Assembly: GCA_934085595.1 (NCBI GenBank)
Contig: CAKOHK010000001.1
Location: 77,429-141,428 of the forward strand
DNA from: an uncultured Bacilli bacterium
GTDB lineage: Bacteria > Bacillota_I > Bacilli_A > RF39 > UBA660
Reading direction: 5' to 3'
Length of the DNA: 64,000 bases
Shown here: piece after piece, positions 28,849 to 38,449 of the stretch
How positions within the stretch are numbered: the stretch's first letter is position 1
How the letters are laid out: every line of letters begins with the position of its first letter
Notes under the pieces: model-generated
Databases searched by the model: none
What the model was told of the DNA's origin: nothing
Seen by the model: only the letters and a program-made list of their open reading frames with translations
Translations under genes and position numbers: made by a program

Positions 28849-29876
28849 TGGAAGAAAGAAATAAAGAAAAATTAATAGAGCTAAATAATATAGCAGACAT
28901 GATAAGACTAAGTTATCTTAAATTAGAAAAACTAGAAATGGAAGGAAAACAAGATACTAAAGCTTATCATGAAACTATTGAATATTTAAAATCTCAAATA
29001 GAAATGGAAGAAAATACTTATAAAAGATTTTGTTCTACTTATGAAGAAGCTCGCTCTCTAGCAGCAATAGTTTGTAAAAGATTATATAATGATGATGATA
29101 TAGAAAACAAAAACTCTATTACGTTAGAAAATGGTAGTATTTTTAATGGTAAACTAGAAGATTCAAATAACAAAAGAATATTAGATAAATTAATGGACTA
29201 TATGGATAAAGATACAAAAGGAACTTTAAAAGCACTTACCAATGCTGATAATATGGTAGCATTATTATCAATAATAAATAGTTCACTAGAAACAGAAATA
29301 GCAAGAACATCTGCAATATTAAAATCAATCAAATATGATATAACTATTCTAGTTCTTAAATATTTAGATGAATATATAAATGACGATAAATATAAAAATA
29401 TAAGAGAAACTCTTATAAGAATTAAATACTATATAATTTATACAAAAACAATTATGGAATATAGTTTAATTAATAATTCTTTTGAACTTCCAAAAGATAT
29501 AATCTTAACATCTAAAATGGTTCATGAATATAATACACCAGAAAATATAGGCGAATATGAAGATAATACAGATACAGTTATAACTAACAATACAATAGTT
29601 ATAATGAATGATATTGTTGCTTTAAACGATTCAGAAATAACCGATCCAAATAATATATGTGCTATCATGAAAATATGTTTCTTTAAAGCATATATGACAT
29701 TAATAAGTAGTTCTACAAGTGAAATATTAAAAGAAGCATACTTACAATATACAAGTTCAGAAGGATATAAAAAGAACAATAAAAACTATAAAATAACAGA
29801 AGAAACAATATTATCTATCATAAACGAAACAGAAAAATATAAAAAATGTATAAGTAGATTCACATTAAAAAGATAA
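28849..29876 (+). CDS. Hypothetical cytoplasmic protein
   Basis: The ORF track gives 28794..29876. The start is preferred at ATG 28849 (MEERNKEK...), which has a GGAG RBS. The protein is alpha-helical with no known motifs. Confidence 0.45.
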
Positions 29877-29902
29877 AAAAATTACTAAATATATTAGTAA
29901 TT

Positions 29903-31636
29903 TTAATTTATAACAAATGGATTACTCTTAGTTCCATCACCACTTACATAGTTTACCTTAGTATTAAGATACACAGACTGACGCACGCTACCATAGTTAA
30001 TTGAGCTGGTGTAATCCACATTACCATAAACGTTCACAAACATTGCATTACCCGGATGGTTAGAATTTAGTGACACAACCCAATACCACGCTCCAATAAA
30101 TAACCAATTAGTATTAATGCATTTTTCATTTCTATAATCTTTGCTTGAATCAGAAACATTATTAGCTTTCATTGTATTGTCATTATAGCATGCACTACTT
30201 GCATACATATAATCACTCGAATATATAAGTGCTACTTTCCCATCCCATGTTTGTTTTTTGCCACTATGTACACTTGTGCTTCTTTCTTGAGCGTACATTT
30301 CTTTTGTATTACCATAACCAACATCAGAAACCCACGTTCCATTTCCTAAATACCATTTTGTCATGCTTATTTGACTTTTTGCAGTACTTGTTAAGCCATT
30401 ATTTGCATATGTACCCACTTTATTGTAGTAATCTCCATTATTTAACAACTTCATCAGTGTTGCGGTTGTCCAGTCATTATACGATTTTGTAGAGTTCCAT
30501 TCAATCAATCCAATTCTATCTCTTACTATCTTTACCTTATATTCTTTTGTATATCCACTTCCATTTGGTGTTTCTACTTCAAAAACTCCAATAATTCTCC
30601 ACACTCCAGTTTCATCATTGAATGTTATATAGTTGTTTGGAGTTTTACCTTGATATCTATATTCTGTTGTAGCATAATTCTGATTACCTGTCGCCGTTTG
30701 TGATATTTTAGTTAGACCAAATAGTGTATAATTATCTTTTAAACAATTAGCTAATGTTTTACCTGTGCATATGCTTTCAAGAGTACTTTTCCAGTGTGCA
30801 TACAAAGTATGATTAGTATTAGTTGTAACTTTAGTATTTGCATTAACTTTTACTCCACCATTTAAAGAAGTGTACCAGCCCATAAAATCATATCCGCTCT
30901 TAACTGGAGTACATAACTCACCATAGTTTAATCCATATGATACGTCTTTAGAACTACAGCCTGATCCTCCATTATTATCATATGTTAGCTTAACTTTATT
31001 TTCTATAAAATTGATAGTACATTTTTCATCTTTAACAATATTCTTAAAGGTAATCTTATCATTATTAACTATTATATTTGTGCAAGTACTACTATAGTAT
31101 TTATATCCAGTTTTAGGAGTAACTGTAAATATAGCATCTCCTCCATCATAAACAAAAGCATATGCTGGACTTACAGTTCCTTTATTTTCATCACTACTTG
31201 ATACTTCAAGTAAATTATAAGGCACAAACTTCCAAGGATCTTTATAAGTACCTCTTCCTATAATTTTAACTTCTTTCTTAATATACTCTGTTACTCTAAT
31301 ATTACTATCAGTACTTGATTCATTATTTATCACTTTTCCATCAATAGTAAAATAAGGCAATGATGTAACTAAATATGAAGAATCATCTGTTTTAGATGAG
31401 TTCACTTCATATATATTTATAAGTCCACCAGTATTAAATCCATTTACATATGATATAGTTTTATTGTTATATCCAAATGGTATTTTAGATGTATTTATTA
31501 GATATGCTATATTTTTTCTATTATTTTTTATATAGTTATTACTTATATCTTTACCTTCATCAAAACTATAAGCGTTAATATTACTAATAAACATAAATAT
31601 ACATAAAAAACTAATTATTTTAAATACTCGTTTCAT
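29903..31636 (-). CDS. Secreted hypervariable protein, paralogue with alternative N-terminal region and the family's C-terminal domain + variable repeat
   Basis: 577 aa with a different signal peptide (MKRVFKIISFLCIFMFISNINAYSF) and a ~290-aa N-terminal region. From ...LFGLTKISQTATGNQNYATTEYRYQGKTPNNYITFN onward it is homologous to the family's C-terminal domain. The C-terminus ...GNAMFVNVYGNVDYTSSINYGSVRQSVYLNTKVNYVSGDGTKSNPFVIN aligns to the TR-like copy. Confidence 0.75.
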   Translation of the reverse strand: MKRVFKIISFLCIFMFISNINAYSFDEGKDISNNYIKNNRKNIAYLINTSKIPFGYNNKTISYVNGFNTGGLINIYEVNSSKTDDSSYLVTSLPYFTIDGKVINNESSTDSNIRVTEYIKKEVKIIGRGTYKDPWKFVPYNLLEVSSSDENKGTVSPAYAFVYDGGDAIFTVTPKTGYKYYSSTCTNIIVNNDKITFKNIVKDEKCTINFIENKVKLTYDNNGGSGCSSKDVSYGLNYGELCTPVKSGYDFMGWYTSLNGGVKVNANTKVTTNTNHTLYAHWKSTLESICTGKTLANCLKDNYTLFGLTKISQTATGNQNYATTEYRYQGKTPNNYITFNDETGVWRIIGVFEVETPNGSGYTKEYKVKIVRDRIGLIEWNSTKSYNDWTTATLMKLLNNGDYYNKVGTYANNGLTSTAKSQISMTKWYLGNGTWVSDVGYGNTKEMYAQERSTSVHSGKKQTWDGKVALIYSSDYMYASSACYNDNTMKANNVSDSSKDYRNEKCINTNWLFIGAWYWVVSLNSNHPGNAMFVNVYGNVDYTSSINYGSVRQSVYLNTKVNYVSGDGTKSNPFVIN

Positions 31637-31818
31637 ATCTCACCTATCATAAATATAATATCATATTAATATTAAATTTGAAATATAATTTGATTCATTC
31701 TTTTTCATCTCATAACATTTATTCATTATTATGTCTTTTCTATATTAATATTATTGTTTCTATATTATAAGACATTGCAAGTAAAAAAAAGTCATAAACA
31801 CTTGAAATTTATAACTTT

Positions 31819-32415
31819 CTACTTCACATAATCACTAACAGGTTTAAAAGTCTTTCTATGTTCTTTAAGTACGCCATACTTCTTAATAGCTTCAATATGT
31901 TTTTTAGTTCCATATCCCTTATTACTTTTAAAATCATACATTGGATATTCTTTATCAAGTTCCTTCATCATATTGTCCCTATATACTTTAGCAACTATTG
32001 AAGCAGCCGCGATTGATTCACTTTTAGCATCTCCCTTAATAATTGCAGTATATGGTATATCTATATCTAATTTAACAGCATCTATAAGTACATGTTCAGG
32101 TTTAACACTAAGATTATTTATAGCCATTTTCATAGCCATCTTAGTAGCATTTAATATATTAACTTTATCAATAGTTTCACTATCAACAACACCTATCCCA
32201 ACACTAACAGCTTTTTCCATAATAATTGGATATAATTCTTCCCTTTTCTTTTCACTAAGTTTTTTAGAATCATTAATTTCACTCATATAAAACCCAGAAG
32301 GTAATATAACTGCTGCCGCAACTACACTACCAATCAAAGGTCCTCTTCCAACTTCATCTACGCCCGCTATTAAATTAATACCTTTACTATTTAATTCTTC
32401 TTCATACTCTCTCAT
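31819..32415 (-). CDS. rnhB: Ribonuclease HII
   Basis: 198 aa. The motif AGVDEVGRGPLIGSVVAAAVIL matches the RNase HII active-site region. Confidence 0.9.
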   Translation of the reverse strand: MREYEEELNSKGINLIAGVDEVGRGPLIGSVVAAAVILPSGFYMSEINDSKKLSEKKREELYPIIMEKAVSVGIGVVDSETIDKVNILNATKMAMKMAINNLSVKPEHVLIDAVKLDIDIPYTAIIKGDAKSESIAAASIVAKVYRDNMMKELDKEYPMYDFKSNKGYGTKKHIEAIKKYGVLKEHRKTFKPVSDYVK

Positions 32416-33086
32416 TATCTTGACCTAACACATTTAGATTCTATTATACTTACATCAACTCTATAATTACCATTATTATTTTCATCAATATATACAGGAA
32501 GTTCACTAATATTATTTTCTTCAATTATTTTTCTAACATCCATCCACATATTTTCACTTCTATAATTTTCTTCTTTTGAAGTAAACGGATTTATACCAGT
32601 ACATATTACATAAAATGGATTAACAAAATCTCTAAGTTCTTCTTCATCTACTTCTACCCCAGTTATCTTAGCCATTATTTTACCTTTAGAACTTATATTA
32701 GTATACTTTTTATATTTATAAAGTGTAGTTATTAAACCAAATAAACTAATTATAAATACACTACTTCCCGCTATTATAAATACATAAGATAAATCATTAG
32801 AATGTATAGTAATACATCTATTATTTTTACAATAAATATTAATTTTATCATTAACATTACCTTTATTTATAAAAGCACTATATTCTATTTTATTTTCTAT
32901 ATTATCTTTATTATATATTGCTTCTATTTTATATTTATCTATATTTTTAATAGTTCCTTCATATATATTTGCTTCTTTAATAAACTTATTATTATATAAA
33001 AGTAATAATAATCCTGTTATTAAAAATATTAATCCTACTACTATATATGGTATAGATGCATATTTACTTACACTCTTACTATACAT
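32415..33086 (-). CDS. Membrane protein, hypothetical
   Basis: 223 aa with two predicted TM helices. The stop overlaps the rnhB start. Confidence 0.4.
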   Translation of the reverse strand: MYSKSVSKYASIPYIVVGLIFLITGLLLLLYNNKFIKEANIYEGTIKNIDKYKIEAIYNKDNIENKIEYSAFINKGNVNDKINIYCKNNRCITIHSNDLSYVFIIAGSSVFIISLFGLITTLYKYKKYTNISSKGKIMAKITGVEVDEEELRDFVNPFYVICTGINPFTSKEENYRSENMWMDVRKIIEENNISELPVYIDENNNGNYRVDVSIIESKCVRSR

Positions 33087-33107
33087 AAAACACCTTCTAT
33101 TCTTTTA

Positions 33108-33971
33108 TTATTCTATTTCTATTAATTCATATTCAAGACTACCCACACCAAGAGTAGCTGCAGTATTTGTAGTATGTATTCCATTTCTTGATTCTATTCT
33201 TTCTATTAAATGATCTTTCCCTTCATCATTTGAATTATATATTTTATCAAGACATGCTTTATCAAGTGCTACTGGATCAAGACTTGCTAGTATCCCTATA
33301 TCTTTCATACATGGATCTTCTGCTTTAGCACAACAATCACAATCAACACTCATATTAGCCATAATATTAATAAATGCTATTTTATTTTTATATTTATCCA
33401 TTATTGAACTAGCTGCTTCTGCCATTGATTCTAAAAACTTATCATGATCAGCAGTCCATATTTTATTAACATCACCTGCTCCATGAATGTATGCTTTTCC
33501 ACGTGATGAAGCAAGTCCTATAGATATATTCTTAATTGCTCCTCCATATCCACCCATCGGATGACCTTTAAAATGAGAAACAACAAGCATAGAATCATAA
33601 TTATTTAAGTGACTACCTACATAATTAACATGTATATTTTTACCATTTCTAATAGGTAATTCTATTTCTCCATCTCTATCTAAAATATCTACTTCACCTA
33701 TAGTATTCCATCCATGTTTAACAATTAACTTTTCATGTTTATCAGTTGTATTCCTCTGTCCATCATATGCTGTATTACACTCTACTATTGTTCCATTAAC
33801 ACGCTCTACTATATCTTTAAGTAATACTGGTTTCATATAATTTTGATTACCATCTTCTCCACTATGTACTTTAACAGCTACATTCCCATCAAGTTCTATT
33901 CCTAGCTTTTCATATAATTTAACTATATTATTACTATTAATCTTACTAATAAAATATACTTTTGATTTCAT
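33108..33971 (-). CDS. DUF362 domain protein (possible Fe-S binding, CxxC...C cluster)
   Basis: 287 aa. A Cys cluster VDCDCCAKAEDPC is present. The overall sequence resembles the DUF362 family. Confidence 0.5.
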   Translation of the reverse strand: MKSKVYFISKINSNNIVKLYEKLGIELDGNVAVKVHSGEDGNQNYMKPVLLKDIVERVNGTIVECNTAYDGQRNTTDKHEKLIVKHGWNTIGEVDILDRDGEIELPIRNGKNIHVNYVGSHLNNYDSMLVVSHFKGHPMGGYGGAIKNISIGLASSRGKAYIHGAGDVNKIWTADHDKFLESMAEAASSIMDKYKNKIAFINIMANMSVDCDCCAKAEDPCMKDIGILASLDPVALDKACLDKIYNSNDEGKDHLIERIESRNGIHTTNTAATLGVGSLEYELIEIE

Positions 33972-34065
33972 ATAATTTCCTTTCGCATAAATAAATTATA
34001 GTCACAAAATACTATAATTACCTATAGAAATTATATCATTAATTACTTAATATGTCACATACTTT

Positions 34066-34995
34066 TTATTCCATTTTAAAACTATCTATATTATTTACAT
34101 CTTTAGTACTAAATACTACTTCCTTAACCCCATAACTATCTATAACAGAACTACCTATAGTATATTTAACTTCTTCAAGTATTTTATCTGTACCAATACT
34201 TTCAAATATATAGTCATTAAATATAATATTAATAGTATTTTCACTCTTACTTATATTATAAGCATCTAAATCATTAGAAATATAACTTTCTAAATTATCA
34301 ACACTATATACACTACTTTTAAGTTCATCAAGTATAATACTTATCTTTTCATCATTAGAATTATATACTTTACTTATCGGAACATAATATTCCATATTAC
34401 CATTATCTTTTATAAAATACATTGTACACATATTTATATCTTTTAAATCACTTACATCATATCTCTTATTAATACCAATATGTCTATTAAGAGGATTATT
34501 ATATAAACTATATTTATTTATATCTTCTTTATCTATAGTAATATATATATTATTAATACCATTTATTTCTGTTAAAGAATAAACTATTGCTTCTATAACA
34601 TTTTCAAAATCATTAGACTTTATTATATCTTTACTAAAATCTATATATACATTATCTTCTTTTACTTTAATATCATTTATTTTAGTTTCTTTTGGTATAA
34701 CAGTTTTAAAATCTATTACATCTTCACTACCATCTCTTAATATAATAAGTTTTTCTTTAATAATATCTTCTATATTATCTTTATCTATAAATATAGATAC
34801 TTTAGATACATAATCATCTTTATCAAGTAAATAAATAGCACTATTACTTTCTTTAATTACTTCTTCATTTACATAAGGAATTATTTTATCTTTTCCTCCT
34901 AGTGATAGTATACATATTAAAATAAGAGCACATGTTGCTATATTAATTTTATTAATACAATATCTTTTTATCATATTAAATATTATGTTAAACAA
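34066..34995 (-). CDS. Putative secreted/lipoprotein with GerMN-like repeats (sporulation/germination-associated)
   Basis: 309 aa with an N-terminal hydrophobic signal. The assignment is weak and based only on architecture. Confidence 0.3.
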   Translation of the reverse strand: MFNIIFNMIKRYCINKINIATCALILICILSLGGKDKIIPYVNEEVIKESNSAIYLLDKDDYVSKVSIFIDKDNIEDIIKEKLIILRDGSEDVIDFKTVIPKETKINDIKVKEDNVYIDFSKDIIKSNDFENVIEAIVYSLTEINGINNIYITIDKEDINKYSLYNNPLNRHIGINKRYDVSDLKDINMCTMYFIKDNGNMEYYVPISKVYNSNDEKISIILDELKSSVYSVDNLESYISNDLDAYNISKSENTINIIFNDYIFESIGTDKILEEVKYTIGSSVIDSYGVKEVVFSTKDVNNIDSFKME

Positions 34996-35020
34996 ATAAA
35001 AAAATGACTTCTTTTAAAAG

Positions 35021-35236
35021 TCATTTAACACTTATTTCTCCTAGTTTAATAAGTTCAATAACAGCACCTGCTCTACCTTTACATCCAAGTTTTTGCATAG
35101 CATTAGATATATGATTTCTAACAGTCTTTTCACTTATAGATAAACTTTGTGCTATTTCTTTTGTTGTTTTATTTTGTATTAATAATTCAAATACATTTTT
35201 CTCTCTTTTGGTTAATATATTATTTGTCATAAACAC
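35021..35236 (-). CDS. LuxR/GerE-family HTH transcriptional regulator (stand-alone)
   Basis: 71 aa. LTKREKNVFELLIQNKTTKEIAQSLSISEKTVRNHISNAMQKLG matches the canonical GerE/LuxR HTH. Confidence 0.8.
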   Translation of the reverse strand: MFMTNNILTKREKNVFELLIQNKTTKEIAQSLSISEKTVRNHISNAMQKLGCKGRAGAVIELIKLGEISVK

Positions 35237-35311
35237 CTACCTTAAACATATCTTTTCTAATATCCCTCTAAAGTAATTTATGTTTAAAATAGAAAAATGT
35301 TACGAAACAAA

Positions 35312-35803
35312 CTATGCTTCAAACTTAACCGTAATATTCTTTTTATCCTTAAACTCTTCTTGAACACATCTCATTATATTATTAGCAAGTTCTACATTAT
35401 GTTCTTTTGAGTTAATTGATATTTTTATATTATCATTGTCTATTTGTACAAATGATTTAATTTTAAAGTTATCTAGTATTTTATCTTCTAGCATAGTTTC
35501 TTTTCCTTTTGCTAGATTTAATATTTGTAATTCTTCAAAAGCAGCATTTCTTTCATCTGTTGTTATATTTGGTGATGTTATTTTAGTTTGTAAATCTCTC
35601 ATTGTTCCTTCTATTTTTTCATTTCTCTCTACTCTTAAAGCAACTAGTTTATCACTTTCACTTACATTTACATCTACTTGCTTATTTACAGTTTTAGTAT
35701 TTTCTGCATTAAATATTTCACTTGGTAATGTAATATAATAAACACCTAAAACTAAAATAAGAGAAAATAAAGTCAAAAACCATAGATTCTTTCTATTAAT
35801 CAT
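35312..35803 (-). CDS. Membrane-anchored hypothetical protein
   Basis: 163 aa with a single N-terminal TM helix. Confidence 0.4.
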   Translation of the reverse strand: MINRKNLWFLTLFSLILVLGVYYITLPSEIFNAENTKTVNKQVDVNVSESDKLVALRVERNEKIEGTMRDLQTKITSPNITTDERNAAFEELQILNLAKGKETMLEDKILDNFKIKSFVQIDNDNIKISINSKEHNVELANNIMRCVQEEFKDKKNITVKFEA

Positions 35804-35852
35804 ATATTCCTCCTGATAAATATTATTACAAAGAATAAAAAATATGATTAAT

Positions 35853-36641
35853 TTATGATAGTCCTACATCAAGTACCATCATTACACTAAATCCTATTAG
35901 TGTGAATAGTGCCATTAAACTTTTTCTTTCGTTTGTTTGACTTTCTGGTATTAATTCTTGTGTAACTACATATATCATAGCCCCTGCTGCAAAAGCAAGA
36001 AGATATGGAAGTAACCATCTAACTTTTAATACAAGTAGTGCTCCTATTACCGCAGATATTGGTTCTACTATTCCACTAAGGCTTCCATATAGAAATGCTT
36101 TACCTCTAGAAAACCCTTCTCTTCTTAAAGGTAAACTAACTGCTGCCCCTTCAGGAAAGTTTTGAAGTCCAATACCAAGAGCTAACATACATGAATTTGT
36201 AAGAGTAGCTCCATCTAGCGAATATGCAAGTGATCCAAACGCAACACCAACAGCCATTCCTTCTGGTATATTATGAAGCGTTATTGAAAATATTAATAAA
36301 ACTATTCTCTTAAGTTTGCTATCACTTCTATCAGTTACATGCTCATATATTTTATCTCCAGTAAATAAAAGAATACCACCACCCATAAATCCAATTAAAA
36401 TCGTAAGCCAAGCACAAAGTCCAAGAGAATTACTCATATCAATAGAAGGACTTAAAAGTGACCAAAAAGATGCAGCAATCATAACACCAGAAGCAAAACC
36501 AAGCATCGCATCCATAATATTTTTATTAACTTTTTTAAACAAGAAAACGATTGCTGCCCCACATATAGTAACAAACCAAGTAAATAAACTAGCAATTAAA
36601 GCTTGAATAGTAAAATCTAAACCATTAAAAAAACTTATCAT
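35853..36641 (-). CDS. zupT: ZIP family zinc transporter ZupT
   Basis: 262 aa. The ZIP signature HNIPEGMAVGVAF and eight TM segments are present. Confidence 0.8.
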   Translation of the reverse strand: MISFFNGLDFTIQALIASLFTWFVTICGAAIVFLFKKVNKNIMDAMLGFASGVMIAASFWSLLSPSIDMSNSLGLCAWLTILIGFMGGGILLFTGDKIYEHVTDRSDSKLKRIVLLIFSITLHNIPEGMAVGVAFGSLAYSLDGATLTNSCMLALGIGLQNFPEGAAVSLPLRREGFSRGKAFLYGSLSGIVEPISAVIGALLVLKVRWLLPYLLAFAAGAMIYVVTQELIPESQTNERKSLMALFTLIGFSVMMVLDVGLS

Positions 36642-36762
36642 ATAAACCCCTAAATTATTCTATGATAAGTTATTTATTGTGTTATTATTCTATTATAACT
36701 AATTGATATTTAGCATAAAATATAGTATATTATTATTGTATTTTAAAGAATGCAAAGCTGAA

Positions 36763-36864
36763 AATGTTCTCGCTCCCGGATGGTGCGAGTAATAAAATAT
36801 TCCGGGTGACAATGTTTCTCGCTCTCGGGTGGTGCGAGTAATAAATTATCCCGAACGACAATGT
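36763..36864. repeat. Tandem 48/49-bp relatively GC-rich direct repeat (2 full units + 5-bp partial) with internal hairpin potential
   Basis: Unit 1 is 36763-36810 AATGTTCTCGCTCCCGGATGGTGCGAGTAATAAAATATTCCGGGTGAC. Unit 2 is 36811-36859 AATGTTTCTCGCTCTCGGGTGGTGCGAGTAATAAATTATCCCGAACGAC, followed by AATGT. Each unit has CTCGC...GCGAG stem potential plus complementary CCCGGA/TCCGGG segments. Confidence 0.7.
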
Positions 36865-36929
36865 AAACTTCTATCTTTTAATAGAGTTTTTTTACAAGCA
36901 AAAATAAAAAATGAACATAAGCTCATTAA

Positions 36930-38351
36930 TTATTCTATAACAAACAGATTATTACTACTACCATCACCTGACATGTATTTGACACTAGTATCAAGATATA
37001 CAGACTGACGCACGCCGCCGGAGCTGAAACTCGTATCGCCCGTATTCACCTTACCGGAATTGTTCACATACCTCGCACCGTCCGAACTGCTAGAACTAGG
37101 CGACACGGCCCAAAACCAATTATTCGTATCTAATAACCAGTTAGTACTTTTACAAATTGAATCATCATAGTTAAAACCTATTGTTCCATTATTGTAGCAA
37201 CTGCTACTCGCATACATATAATCACTTGGATATATTAGTGCTACTTTTCCATCCCATGTTTGTTTATTTCCACTATATACATTAGTACTTTTTTCTTCTT
37301 GATATGTTCCTTGACAATCCTTACTACTACTTCCATAAGTAACATTTCCTAAGTACCATTTTGTACTACTTATCTGATTTTTTGCATTTTCTGTTAAACC
37401 GTTGCTTGCATATGTACCTGTTCTATTGTAATACTCCCCACTATTTAATGTGGTCATTAATGTAGCGGTCGTCCAGTCATTATAGTTTGTAGCTGAATTA
37501 GTTGCATTCCATGCTGCTTTTCCTATTGTATCTCTTACTATTTTAACTTTATTTTCTTTTATATATGTTCCGTCACTTTGTGGTGTTTCCACTTCGAATA
37601 CTCCAATTATTCTCCATACTCCTGTTTCACCATTGAACGTTATATAGTTGTTTGGTGTTTTACCTTGATACCTATATTCACTTGCTGCATAATTTTGATT
37701 ACCTGTTGCTGTTTGGTCAATTTTTGTTAAACCTAATGTACTATAATTATCTATTAAGTAGTTTGCAAAAGTTTGAGTTTGTTCTTTTCCACTACTTTCT
37801 GCTGCTCCAAGAACTCCATAGAATCTTTTGCCTTGATTATAATTTTGTGCTTTATCTTCATAATTTATGAACTCAATAGTTACAGTATAAGTGTGTTTCT
37901 CACCTGGTAATATTAATACATTTTCTTTATACGGATATAATACTTTATTTGCTGCAGCATTTACTTCTGATGTTTGAGGGATAGCTACATTGTCTGTACT
38001 TGAGCAAGTCCCTCCTGTTGCTCCACTACTTGTACATGTACTTCTTATAACAAGTTCTTCTTTTTGAATCTCATTATATAGTTTTTGCCATCCCAAGGCA
38101 TAATATGCTTCTTCATTACCGGTATTTTCTACTGTTATAGTTTTAGTAGTTGACCATTTAGGCTCAATATTATCTACTTTAATTTCATTTCCATCAGTAT
38201 AGATTAATTCTATTTTAGTAGTACTTACATTAATAGTCTCTGCTACATCATTACCACTTACCACTAAACTAAAGTATGCATAAGTAATTCCTGTAATAAT
38301 CAAAAATACACCTGTAAGTAATACTGCTAATAATATTCTTTTATCTTTCAT
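36930..38351 (-). CDS. Secreted hypervariable protein, paralogue 3 (TasA-like N-domain + C-terminal domain with variable repeat)
   Basis: 473 aa, ~85% identical to paralogue 1 outside the C-terminal variable block (~36993-37113). That block is GC-rich: ...SPSSSSSDGARYVNNSGKVNTGDTSFSSGGVRQSVYL. The gene has its own promoter TTGACT-N17-TATAAT (38379-38407) and an AGGAG RBS. Confidence 0.8.
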   Translation of the reverse strand: MKDKRILLAVLLTGVFLIITGITYAYFSLVVSGNDVAETINVSTTKIELIYTDGNEIKVDNIEPKWSTTKTITVENTGNEEAYYALGWQKLYNEIQKEELVIRSTCTSSGATGGTCSSTDNVAIPQTSEVNAAANKVLYPYKENVLILPGEKHTYTVTIEFINYEDKAQNYNQGKRFYGVLGAAESSGKEQTQTFANYLIDNYSTLGLTKIDQTATGNQNYAASEYRYQGKTPNNYITFNGETGVWRIIGVFEVETPQSDGTYIKENKVKIVRDTIGKAAWNATNSATNYNDWTTATLMTTLNSGEYYNRTGTYASNGLTENAKNQISSTKWYLGNVTYGSSSKDCQGTYQEEKSTNVYSGNKQTWDGKVALIYPSDYMYASSSCYNNGTIGFNYDDSICKSTNWLLDTNNWFWAVSPSSSSSDGARYVNNSGKVNTGDTSFSSGGVRQSVYLDTSVKYMSGDGSSNNLFVIE

Positions 38352-38378
38352 TCTATGTACTCCTATTCTCTATTTATA

Positions 38379-38407
38379 ATTATATAGTTTCACTATTAAC
38401 AAGTCAA
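38379..38407 (-). promoter_or_regulatory. Perfect-consensus sigma-A promoter of paralogue 3 (TTGACT-N17-TATAAT)
   Basis: On the minus strand the -35 TTGACT is at 38402-38407, followed by a 17-bp spacer and -10 TATAAT at 38379-38384. Confidence 0.6.
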
Positions 38408-38449
38408 TCTTAATATATAAAAACTCTACTTTTGATAGTAGAGTTTAAA

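Noticed and set aside
36763-36864. Tandem repeats considered as a CRISPR array
   Set aside because: There are only two near-identical 48-49-bp units, with no unique spacers between them. No cas genes are in the window.
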